A program made the translations under genes and the position numbers. Shown here piece by piece: positions 8,600-16,063 of a DNA stretch of 28,635 bases (within the stretch, counting starts at the first letter, position 1; each line of letters begins with the position of its first letter). Under the pieces are notes generated by a model. That model was not told where the DNA came from, made no database searches, and saw only the letters and a program-made list of their open reading frames with translations. This DNA comes from a virus (Duplodnaviria > Heunggongvirae > Uroviricota > Caudoviricetes), in the IMG/VR virus record IMGVR_UViG_3300037418_000775, positions 1 through 28,635 of that record. One strand, given 5' to 3'.

Positions 8600-8946
8600 G
8601 CCACCGCACACTTGTTGACGAAGGCCTCGGGAACGTCCGACCCTGGTGGCATGACCCGGTAGTACGTATGCCACACCAGATCACCGTTGTGGTGAAGCGT
8701 GGTGCCAACGAACGTCCACAGACCAGAAGGTACCGCGTGACCTGTGGCGACGATAAGGAACTCCAGGATACGTTCGTTCGCCTCGACCTTCTGCGTGGGC
8801 TCAACCTCGATGTAGACTACGAGATTGTTATGCTGGCTGGCCACGCTGAGGACACGGGCCCCTGGCCCGACAGCAATGCGGTCCTGTATGATCTCGGTGA
8901 ATCCCTTGCTCAGGTCGAGCAGCGTGAACTTGTGAACGGTTCTCAT
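8596..8946 (-). CDS. Conserved phage protein of unknown function
   Basis: Pattern GARVLSV..Q...V...R..F.IVATGH......FVGT....G.LVWH is familiar from many phage genomes. Confidence 0.7.
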   Translation of the reverse strand: MRTVHKFTLLDLSKGFTEIIQDRIAVGPGARVLSVASQHNNLVVYIEVEPTQKVEANERILEFLIVATGHAVPSGLWTFVGTTLHHNGDLVWHTYYRVMPPGSDVPEAFVNKCAVA

Positions 8947-9434
8947 TCGTCGTCCTCAGGGTCCTCAGGCTCAGACTCGGTGTCATTGGCCAACTTACGC
9001 AACTTCGTAGCGAACCACGTAAGCGTCTTATTGCGCTGTTCACGAACGGCCCTGTCGGTGTCATTGATGGTACCGTCTGCACCGCATCGCATCCCCTCGC
9101 ACTCCTCGGCCAAATCCAGGAGCGGCGTCTTCTCCATCAGGTCGTCGCCTTCGCCACCCGGCTTGAACGTGGTGATCCGAATCTCGACGCACTCAATGTC
9201 CTTGGCCGGGTAGGAAGCGAGGCATCTCTCGATGAGTTCCTCGGCCTTCTCGTAGGCCTCAGTCCAGGTAGCGGGCGGCGTGTAGCCGTCAGCGGTACCG
9301 GGCCACATCCCGACCGACATACGTGCCGCGTTCATCGGGTCCCCCTTGACCTGGAAGGTGGCCTTAACGTAGAACGTCCCCGGTTGTTTGCTGTTGCTGT
9401 ACTTCAGCGTTTTTCTGAGATAGTGCTTACCCAT
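8943..9434 (-). CDS. Hypothetical protein
   Basis: Likely start MGKHYLRK at 9434 (SD GAAGGA), overlapping the upstream stop. Confidence 0.7.
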   Translation of the reverse strand: MGKHYLRKTLKYSNSKQPGTFYVKATFQVKGDPMNAARMSVGMWPGTADGYTPPATWTEAYEKAEELIERCLASYPAKDIECVEIRITTFKPGGEGDDLMEKTPLLDLAEECEGMRCGADGTINDTDRAVREQRNKTLTWFATKLRKLANDTESEPEDPEDDE

Positions 9435-9711
9435 TCGGGTCCTTCTCAGAAGTGACGGTGACGGCCATGATGGACGGTTCCACCCCCCATGCCCGGTTGA
9501 CCAGGCGATTGAAACTCTTGCTCGCATGGCCCGGCCGCACTTGAGTAACGCCGTGGTTATCGGTCTCGTCGCCCTCTTCGGGGTCGGGACCAAACTCGAC
9601 TACGGCGAAGAAGGGCAGGCCGTTGTCCTCGCACAGTTTCGCCAAACGCAGCAACTCCGGGGCGATCTTCTCGTCGTAGAACTGCTCGGCGTTCTCGCAA
9701 TAGGTACTCAT
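9427..9711 (-). CDS. Hypothetical phage protein
   Basis: 94 aa; YDEKIAPELLRLAKLCEDNGLPF; ATGA coupling. Confidence 0.75.
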   Translation of the reverse strand: MSTYCENAEQFYDEKIAPELLRLAKLCEDNGLPFFAVVEFGPDPEEGDETDNHGVTQVRPGHASKSFNRLVNRAWGVEPSIMAVTVTSEKDPNG

Positions 9712-10259
9712 TTCCCCTCCACTTCTGCGGCGATAGATTCTTCCAGAGCCTTATCGTTCTGGTGGATACGCTCGATGATGGGCTGGATGATCTTCCAGTC
9801 CTCACGGTGCATCAAACGGCACCGCCCGAAGCACGGGAGGCCGTTGATAGCCGTAGCCATCGGGGCATCCATGTCCAGGTAGGCAAAGATGAACGCGAGA
9901 TTCTCTCGCAGTTCATCGGGGTGGAACGGGTCCAGTCCCCCGAACATGATGGGCATGAAGTGCAAGCCTACATCCTCGGCCCGCATCATGTCGCTGTGGT
10001 ACACTTGGTTCGCCTTGTACTTGTTGACGAACTCCAGAATCTCGGCCTTGTCCATGCGGCGAAGCGGCGGACATGATGCACGGTCACGCTTCTCAACCGG
10101 GATGGGGGCGAACTCCCCCTCCTTGACTCGTTCGGTGCCCTGGTAGAAACCACGGCCCTTACGCGGCGAACTATCGCTCAAGTTCGCGGCCTTCGTGGTG
10201 GGCTGTTGCTGTGTCACGCCGGATACATCCCCTCCGACGAAGTTGTTCTCGTTAGGCAT
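9708..10259 (-). CDS. Hypothetical protein with N-terminal NExNFVGG tag (copy 3)
   Basis: Likely start ATG 10259 (MPNENNFVGGDVSGV), overlapping the stop of 10252..10548 and preceded by GGAG; 183 aa. Confidence 0.8.
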   Translation of the reverse strand: MPNENNFVGGDVSGVTQQQPTTKAANLSDSSPRKGRGFYQGTERVKEGEFAPIPVEKRDRASCPPLRRMDKAEILEFVNKYKANQVYHSDMMRAEDVGLHFMPIMFGGLDPFHPDELRENLAFIFAYLDMDAPMATAINGLPCFGRCRLMHREDWKIIQPIIERIHQNDKALEESIAAEVEGK

Positions 10260-10548
10260 TTGCCAGGTACTCCCATTCTTCGGTGTCAAGGTTGTGATAG
10301 ATGACGTAGCCGTCGTTCCAGAGCGTGAGGTACCCGTTCTGCGACAGGTTGCGCTCATAGTCCGAGACCGCCGCTTCTAGCGCGGCAGAGCGGTCCTCCG
10401 GGTTGTACTGTTCAACCTGCGGATTCACGTCCAGAAGGTCGCAGGCATCCTGGACGAACATCTCATTCAGTTCCTCCACGGTACGATTGGCCGAACCTTC
10501 TCGGATTCGGACAATCTTTGCCTCACACCGGGTATCCAGGTCAGACAT
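10252..10548 (-). CDS. Acidic hypothetical protein
   Basis: 98 aa; SD AAGGAG; coupled to neighbours. Confidence 0.75.
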   Translation of the reverse strand: MSDLDTRCEAKIVRIREGSANRTVEELNEMFVQDACDLLDVNPQVEQYNPEDRSAALEAAVSDYERNLSQNGYLTLWNDGYVIYHNLDTEEWEYLANA

Positions 10549-11066
10549 TACAGGTACTCCTTACGGGGGATCAATTCGTATCCCCCAAGCGTTGAGCAAA
10601 CAGCGTGGCCGTCGCGGTCCTCCCAAACGGCCTCCAACGTGCCGTAGTCCACACCCATTTGAGTGAACCGTACTACGGCATCCATCGGGATAGGCCTTCC
10701 GAGCAACTCCTTCATGAGGGTTGCAACCGTTAGGGACTCATGCCACTTACGCTCACGGGGCTCAACGTGGCCATACAGCAGAACTGCCGATGCCTGGTGA
10801 ACCAGATGCGAGGCAGGTACTCCTGGAAACCCGATGGTCACCCCGGAATGGACACAGGAGCAGATTAACCGCACCTCCCGATCCGTATGGATGACACGAG
10901 CGTTACGGTGCTCCTCCCCGTTACGGTCGGTGTATATAACGTCGTCGTGCTGCGGCGTTTGGGTGTTCTTTTTACCGCTGTCTGCATCACCTATTCCACC
11001 CTCGGCTATGCCGTGAGCGATGACTGCTGATGTAAAGGCACCGATAGCCCGGTGTACTGTACCCAT
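10548..11066 (-). CDS. Hypothetical protein
   Basis: 172 aa; SD AAGGAG. Confidence 0.7.
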   Translation of the reverse strand: MGTVHRAIGAFTSAVIAHGIAEGGIGDADSGKKNTQTPQHDDVIYTDRNGEEHRNARVIHTDREVRLICSCVHSGVTIGFPGVPASHLVHQASAVLLYGHVEPRERKWHESLTVATLMKELLGRPIPMDAVVRFTQMGVDYGTLEAVWEDRDGHAVCSTLGGYELIPRKEYL

Positions 11067-11133
11067 AGGTACTCCTTCTCAAGCCGTAATGATTGGCTTG
11101 CTCAATGAGGCCCCGAGTGATGTGACGTGGTAG

Positions 11134-11295
11134 TTAGGCGTGAATCCGAATAGACTGTCGCCGCATGAACGTACCCTTGTGCTTGATCACCTCGGCTATC
11201 TTACAGCCGGGATGCTTACGCTCAAGCATCGCCTTACAATGTGATGCACTAACCATGATGATGCCGTTGAACGCACCGTACATCTTCTTGCTCAT
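11134..11295 (-). CDS. Small basic protein (53 aa); not in ORF track
   Basis: SD AGGAGG; MSKKMYGAFNGIIMVSASHCKAMLERKHPG...IRIHA*. Confidence 0.7.
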   Translation of the reverse strand: MSKKMYGAFNGIIMVSASHCKAMLERKHPGCKIAEVIKHKGTFMRRQSIRIHA

Positions 11296-11329
11296 GGGAC
11301 CTCCTATGATTAAACATGGGACCTCATTG

Positions 11330-11880
11330 AGTAAGCCAACCCGTTAGGTTGACATACGTTGAGTTCAGACTAGTCGGATAGACTGGCCGCTCCGGCAACA
11401 CTTGAGCCAAGTCGCTTACCCTACCCAACAATGCTCTGATAGCATGGCCAATGGATAGGCCGGGTAGTGCTTACATGGGTCATCTCAAGCGCGTCCCTTG
11501 CACGGTAGCCACAGCCCCCATGTCACCATGGATGCCGCGTCCCCTTGACGCCCTCTCAACGTAGTGGATCATCCGACGCATCACGGGTCGCCGTGATCGT
11601 ATCGGAGCCACCCCAAACATCTAGCAGGGACTAGCCTAAGCCTGACCGGGTATCACACCGCGCAGTCAGGTCTATGGGACCTCCCCGCAACTTGCGAGGG
11701 GGTCCTCAATGTCACGTTTTTACGTAACGGGTCGGCGCATCACCGCCCTTTTGCTAGTTTCCTAGATGCCTGTATTCAGTTTTGACAATCGTCGTATGTC
11801 TGTGGGCTGTGACGGCCAACTGCCATCTCCCACGGATACTGACACACACTCGAACCCTCCGACCCGTAAGCCGGAGGGCT
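11330..11880 (-). ncRNA. Candidate large structured non-coding RNA or leader
   Basis: No ORF of 60 aa or more on the minus (transcribed) strand; about 10 hairpins, two closing GNRA loops on the minus strand. Confidence 0.45.
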
Positions 11881-11885
11881 CTGAT

Positions 11886-12158
11886 TTATGTCAGGCTGAC
11901 CCAGAAAGTCTTGGTCGTGAACCCGAAAATGGGGTCGCGGCCAAGCCCAACCAAGTGTTTGTCCTTGGTCAGGTACAACCCGCTGTGGTCCTTGACCCCT
12001 GCCTTGCAGGTATCCGGGTCACCACAGGAGTTGAACACCAAAGAGAGGCCTTCTGCCAGCCCCTCCATGTGGTCCCATGAGTGTGGAACGTCCTGACGGT
12101 GACGCTCCGCTATCTCGTCCAACTCACTCCTAACCACGGCGACCGTCGCGGTGGTCAC
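11886..12158 (-). CDS. Hypothetical protein (start uncertain)
   Basis: Track ORF; may start at a TTG behind AGGAG. Confidence 0.6.
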   Translation of the reverse strand: MTTATVAVVRSELDEIAERHRQDVPHSWDHMEGLAEGLSLVFNSCGDPDTCKAGVKDHSGLYLTKDKHLVGLGRDPIFGFTTKTFWVSLT

Positions 12159-12252
12159 GGAGCGAAAACTTGCGGCGACGTGGCCGCTTGGCCTTATCCC
12201 GCTTATTGCGAGGGCGACTATCTAGCAAGCCGTCCTGGTAGTCATCGTGCAT
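12130..12252 (-). CDS. Small Arg/Lys-rich peptide (40 aa)
   Basis: MHDDYQDGLLDSRPRNKRDKAKRPRRRKFSLRDHRDGRRG*; purine-rich SD-like sequence upstream. Confidence 0.5.
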   Translation of the reverse strand: MHDDYQDGLLDSRPRNKRDKAKRPRRRKFSLRDHRDGRRG

Positions 12253-12285
12253 ATACTGCCCTTTCTCGACAGGATGCAGAGTAAC

Positions 12286-12318
12286 AAAAAGCCCCACGGA
12301 CACCAACTGTCCGCAGGG
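12286..12318 (-). terminator. Intrinsic terminator 2 of tandem pair
   Basis: Minus: CCCTGCGGACA-GTTGG-TGTCCGTGGGG-C-TTTTT. Confidence 0.75.
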
Positions 12319-12322
12319 TATG

Positions 12323-12355
12323 AAAAAGCCCCCGACCCCCGAAGGGGCCGAGGGC
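12323..12355 (-). terminator. Intrinsic terminator 1 of tandem pair (UUCG loop)
   Basis: Minus: GCCCTCGGCCCC-TTCG-GGGGTCGGGGGC-TTTTT. Confidence 0.9.
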
Positions 12356-12379
12356 GTCCTGGCTATCTCTGAGCCCGGA

Positions 12380-12751
12380 CTACTTGGTCGCGGCCATCTT
12401 GTCACCGATCATCTTGGCGACTTGAGCCTTGGTGAACCCCAGGTCCAGGAGGTCCTTCGCCTCATCGGCAAGTGACTTCGTGGCTACGGTCTGAGCCGTC
12501 TTGGTTTGAGCCTTGCCGGAACCAGCGGCAGGCTTGTAGTTCTCGACGTTGCTCTTGACTTCGTGAGCAACTTGCTTCGAAGCCTCGGTGAGCGGTGCCT
12601 TGTAGCACTTCAGGTCCCAATCGAACCGGAACCCGTTACCGCGAAGCACGTCCTTGACGGCTTTCGGCAAGTACCCATCGGGGAGAACGAACTGGTAATC
12701 CTTACCCAGGACTTTGTCAGTAGCAAGGGTAACGTTCTTCGCAAAGGCCAT
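12380..12751 (-). CDS. First gene of leftward arm; probable immediate-early protein
   Basis: 123 aa; KDVLRGNGFRFDWDLKCY resembles small K-D-x-L-K..GF-R-W-D nucleic-acid-binding modules; followed by two terminators. Confidence 0.75.
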   Translation of the reverse strand: MAFAKNVTLATDKVLGKDYQFVLPDGYLPKAVKDVLRGNGFRFDWDLKCYKAPLTEASKQVAHEVKSNVENYKPAAGSGKAQTKTAQTVATKSLADEAKDLLDLGFTKAQVAKMIGDKMAATK

Positions 12752-13497
12752 GATAAACTATCTCCCGGTATCTCTCGGTGTACCGTGAACCGTGGGGCGA
12801 ACTGCCCAGCATCAGCATGCCACGTTAACGCTAATGGACGGGTACGACAAAAGTCACAAGGCACGACCAGAATGGGTCGTGACGTGCAAAAAGATACGAT
12901 GAAATAAGGCTGTTTTTGAATTGTCAAGATTGTGTAAAGACGAATTGGATGGTGGGTATTGGCCTGGTAGTTTCGAGGATTGGACTGTTAGGCGTGCCTT
13001 ATTGTAAAGAGTCTTTACACTTTGTCGGGCAAAGTCCGGGTAGTTAAGCCTTGTCCGGGTAGTGCGAACGCTGGTATCCTAGCGTAGCGGCACCTAGATT
13101 GGGTTGTGAGGCTGTTCCTGCCTGACCAGAGTCCCAGATACTCTAAAACGTTGACGGAGGCCTTAGAGAGGCTTAAAACGCGTTAATTTGCGAAACGCCT
13201 GGGTCCGTGGAAGGTTGACCTGGTACTCGGATACCAGGACAAATGCAGAAAAATGGCGTTTTTTGCACGTTATAGTTACCGGGGGGCACGTTGCGGACTC
13301 AACCCCCCCAACACCCAACCTTAAGGCGCACCAAGGGATACCCCACAGGCGATCCTGGGTACTACCAGGTCATTGAGAGTGAGGGCGGCGTCAGTCCTGG
13401 GATCAGTCTATCAGTCAGTCTGGGGTCAGTAGGGGGGGGCTAGTTGAGCAGGCAGGGGGACCCTATTGACTTTTACTACCTATAAGGGTAGGATAGG
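12752..13497. promoter_or_regulatory. Divergent intergenic control region (possible origin or genome terminus)
   Basis: No convincing gene; strand switch; several inverted and direct repeats and a G8 run. Confidence 0.6.
13466..13494 (+). promoter_or_regulatory. sigma70-like promoter with palindromic operator (site 1)
   Basis: TTGACT-N17-TAGGAT containing CTACC-TATAAG-GGTAG (13476-13491). Confidence 0.8.
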
Positions 13498-13503
13498 GTG
13501 GTC

Positions 13504-14202
13504 ATGGAGGGCCCGAAGAAGATGATGAAGATGAAGACCCCCAAGCGGGTCGAGGCCGAGGCGAAACTGGAGGCCTGGGAGATATATAAGAACGCCGTTG
13601 CCTTCTATAAAGAGGACCTCCTGAAGAAGAAGGAGGAACTGCAGGCCTCAGCAGAGGCGATGGCGATAGGGAAGCACCTCATTGGGGAGGACCCGCCTTT
13701 CCCCGTAGGGGCTTTTAAGCCCGTCGAACCTTTTAAGGTCGGGGAGTTGGTGCGCTTTCGCCGCGCCCCGGGGGAGTCCATGGTGATTAGCGCGGTGGAA
13801 GGGCGGTACTATGAGGTGCAGAACCTCTATGACCCCAACCAGCGTCAGGCCGCACGGCATGAGGACCTGGAGTACGACCCGAAGGGGTTCTTCATCGGGG
13901 AGCAGGTCATCGTCGGGGCGGATACGTCCTTTCCTCAGGAGGGTATCTTCAAAGGGTATTCTACTGTGGAGCATACCCAGGTCTATGCCCGGGTCTATAT
14001 CGTAAGCCCCGTCAACCCGCATCATGTGCTGGTGCCTGTGTCGGAACTGCGCTTGTTAAAGCCGCGCTCGTCGTGGCTGGGGCCGACCGACTACACCATG
14101 ACCGGGAGGCCCTCGGAGAGCCTGAAGGCCGCTGTATCAGCCGCTGTGCAGGGCATCCCCATCGACCTCATTGATGAGATTCTGACGGAGTTAGTAAAAT
14201 GA
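13504..14202 (+). CDS. Hypothetical protein with two SH3/KOW-like repeats
   Basis: FKVGELVRF and FFIGEQVIV segments; ATG 13504 (track GTG 13498). Confidence 0.7.
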   Translation: MEGPKKMMKMKTPKRVEAEAKLEAWEIYKNAVAFYKEDLLKKKEELQASAEAMAIGKHLIGEDPPFPVGAFKPVEPFKVGELVRFRRAPGESMVISAVEGRYYEVQNLYDPNQRQAARHEDLEYDPKGFFIGEQVIVGADTSFPQEGIFKGYSTVEHTQVYARVYIVSPVNPHHVLVPVSELRLLKPRSSWLGPTDYTMTGRPSESLKAAVSAAVQGIPIDLIDEILTELVK

Positions 14203-14567
14203 GCGACCTCACCAACGGAGCCGGGGGGCCCACGAATAAGCAGTTGGGGATACTACCTGGACAGCGCATCCTTTGGTGGAAGTACGATGATGCCAACGAC
14301 TTCGTACCCATGGCCGGGGTCTACGTGAAGGAGAGCGATGCGTTTACCGACGCCTGTTACGTGGATTTGGATGAGGGGAACCCCTATGGAAAGGGCCTCC
14401 TCCACGTTTGGTGCTCTCACGTCGAACTGCACCCCGAGGAACTGGAGAAGATGGCCGCCTTGGCCATCGCGGAGGGCAAGGCCACCCGCCAGGTTGAGGC
14501 CTCGCTGGAGGGGGCTACGGTCGAGGGGCTCCTGTCAGCGATCATCGCGAGTCTAGAGGAGGACTAA
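14199..14567 (+). CDS. Hypothetical protein
   Basis: 122 aa; ATGA overlap. Confidence 0.75.
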   Translation: MSDLTNGAGGPTNKQLGILPGQRILWWKYDDANDFVPMAGVYVKESDAFTDACYVDLDEGNPYGKGLLHVWCSHVELHPEELEKMAALAIAEGKATRQVEASLEGATVEGLLSAIIASLEED

Positions 14568-14579
14568 TTTTGGGAGCCC

Positions 14580-14608
14580 TTGCACACCCCTACCCTTTAT
14601 GGTAGTAT
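14580..14608 (+). promoter_or_regulatory. sigma70-like promoter with palindromic operator (site 2)
   Basis: TTGCAC-N17-TAGTAT containing CTACC-CTTTAT-GGTAG (14590-14605). Confidence 0.8.
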
Positions 14609-14615
14609 GCGAGGT

Positions 14616-14801
14616 ATGACAATAGCATTATGGATAGTAGGTGGATTGGTCGTCTTTACCATACTACTTGGTTGGAGCGGGGCCTGGACTTCGGAGTTCC
14701 TGCAGGACGAACTGCAGAACACCCCCGGCGAGGCGTGGCCTGAGGCCAAAGGCTTCCGCGATACTATGACCGAGATTCGGACGATCTTCAGTCGGTCATG
14801 A
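14616..14801 (+). CDS. Small membrane protein
   Basis: MTIALWIVGGLVVFTILLGW; ATG 7 nt after the -10 box. Confidence 0.7.
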   Translation: MTIALWIVGGLVVFTILLGWSGAWTSEFLQDELQNTPGEAWPEAKGFRDTMTEIRTIFSRS

Positions 14802-15118
14802 GCGACCTCCTCGTCCCTGAACAATGGGAGATTCACTTCCGGGTGGGCTACCCGCTCGGGGCGACGGTGCAGCCCGCCCCGTGCGGTCACTACCTGGTCA
14901 TCCCGATCACCGACTTCCTGTATTCTGACGGCGATGACCCGTACGAGGTCGTGCATTTCTGTCTGGGTGGGAACTACGGGCCGTGTGCTTACGTCTACGT
15001 ACTCACCCCCACGGAGGTAACCATGACCACTACTCCGCAAGGGGCCCTGAACTCGGTCATCATCAAAGGGTACTACACCTACGACGACCCGCTCGACGCG
15101 GCCCTCGAAGGAGTTTGA
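14798..15118 (+). CDS. Hypothetical protein
   Basis: 106 aa; ATGA overlap. Confidence 0.7.
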   Translation: MSDLLVPEQWEIHFRVGYPLGATVQPAPCGHYLVIPITDFLYSDGDDPYEVVHFCLGGNYGPCAYVYVLTPTEVTMTTTPQGALNSVIIKGYYTYDDPLDAALEGV

Positions 15119-15144
15119 CATGGCACTACCGAATATGGTAGTAT
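15115..15144 (+). promoter_or_regulatory. sigma70-like promoter with palindromic operator (site 3)
   Basis: TTGACA-N18-TAGTAT containing ACTACC-GAATAT-GGTAGT (15125-15142). Confidence 0.8.
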
Positions 15145-15151
15145 AGATCAT

Positions 15152-15228
15152 GCGCTTGTGGTGGAATTGGCAGACACGGCGACCTGATTGAGGGTCGAGA
15201 ATTGCGGGTTCGAATCCCGCCAAGTGAA
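15152..15228 (+). tRNA. tRNA-like gene (Leu-like D arm) with non-canonical anticodon arm; possibly pseudo-tRNA
   Basis: CGCTTG/CAAGTG acceptor stem with G:A at 1:72; D arm GTG-GAATTGGCAGA-CAC; T arm GCGGG-TTCGAAT-CCCGC; CGACC/GGTCG stem with 8-nt loop TGATTGAG; no CCA. Confidence 0.65.
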
Positions 15229-15509
15229 AAAGCGACTATGGAGGTGGCGTCCCATAGTGCTTCACACAGCCCTGGCTAGGGCAGTCGCCGCCTGCTATAG
15301 TAGGCCATGCGATGTAAGTCCGCCCCGTTCTCACAGACGTGCTGTGAGCGTAAGCCGAGGGGGGCGTAACACCCCTCGAACAGTATGATAGGGGGCTGGT
15401 CCCGACTTCCACAAAGACGGTTAGGTTTTACCGAAGCCGCCTCGGGGCTCTTGAATTAGATTTTCAAGCCTGGACACGGATGTCCGGGCTTTTACCACAG
15501 GAGGTAAGA

Positions 15510-15719
15510 ATGGGAGAGCAAGTTAAGCCGGATGGGATGACGATGTTCCATAACCCGGTAGTCACCATACCTGAAGCAGAGTACGAGCAACTGAAGGCCA
15601 TCAAAGAGCGGGCCGAAGGCTTAGCCACGTCCATGTCTGTGAACTCCGAGGATTGTAAGACCAAGCGTCGTCTTGGGCACTACGTTCTGACGGGCGACCT
15701 GACTTACGATGAGTGTTGA
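15510..15719 (+). CDS. Hypothetical protein
   Basis: Likely start MGEQVK behind AGGAGGT. Confidence 0.65.
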   Translation: MGEQVKPDGMTMFHNPVVTIPEAEYEQLKAIKERAEGLATSMSVNSEDCKTKRRLGHYVLTGDLTYDEC

Positions 15720-16032
15720 CGGAGGAGGGACGTGGTTCGATAGCCGACCCTTCAAGTCGGCTCCCTCACCCTCAGAGATTAACACGGGTCTGGGTAGGCC
15801 ACCATCGTTCAAGCACGACCCATATACAACCCTGTGGAACGGTAACCCTGATCCAATCTACGGGCCTGGTAGTTCGCCGCCTCCTACCGTCAAGATTGAA
15901 ATCATCCCTCCTCGCATCCGGCCTATCAACCCCGAGGAGTTATCCCCCGGGCCTGACGTGTCGGCCCTGGACGAGGCCATCCAGCAGATTGAGTTGGAAG
16001 AACTCATAGACGAAGTTCTCGGGGAAGATTGA
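15709..16032 (+). CDS. Pro-rich hypothetical protein with acidic tail
   Basis: 107 aa; overlaps upstream gene. Confidence 0.6.
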   Translation: MSVDGGGTWFDSRPFKSAPSPSEINTGLGRPPSFKHDPYTTLWNGNPDPIYGPGSSPPPTVKIEIIPPRIRPINPEELSPGPDVSALDEAIQQIELEELIDEVLGED

Positions 16033-16057
16033 CAGCCACTACCAACTTTGGTAGTAT
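16029..16057 (+). promoter_or_regulatory. sigma70-like promoter with palindromic operator (site 4)
   Basis: TTGACA-N17-TAGTAT containing ACTACC-AACTTT-GGTAGT (16038-16055). Confidence 0.85.
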
Positions 16058-16063
16058 CAACGG

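Noticed and set aside
12899-12927. Leftward promoter TTGACA-N17-TTTCAT
   Set aside because: The -35 is perfect but the -10 lacks the conserved A; too weak to list as a feature without TSS data.
15152-15470. tmRNA
   Set aside because: The T arm follows the anticodon-like arm directly; no tmRNA 5' end and no tag ORF is evident.
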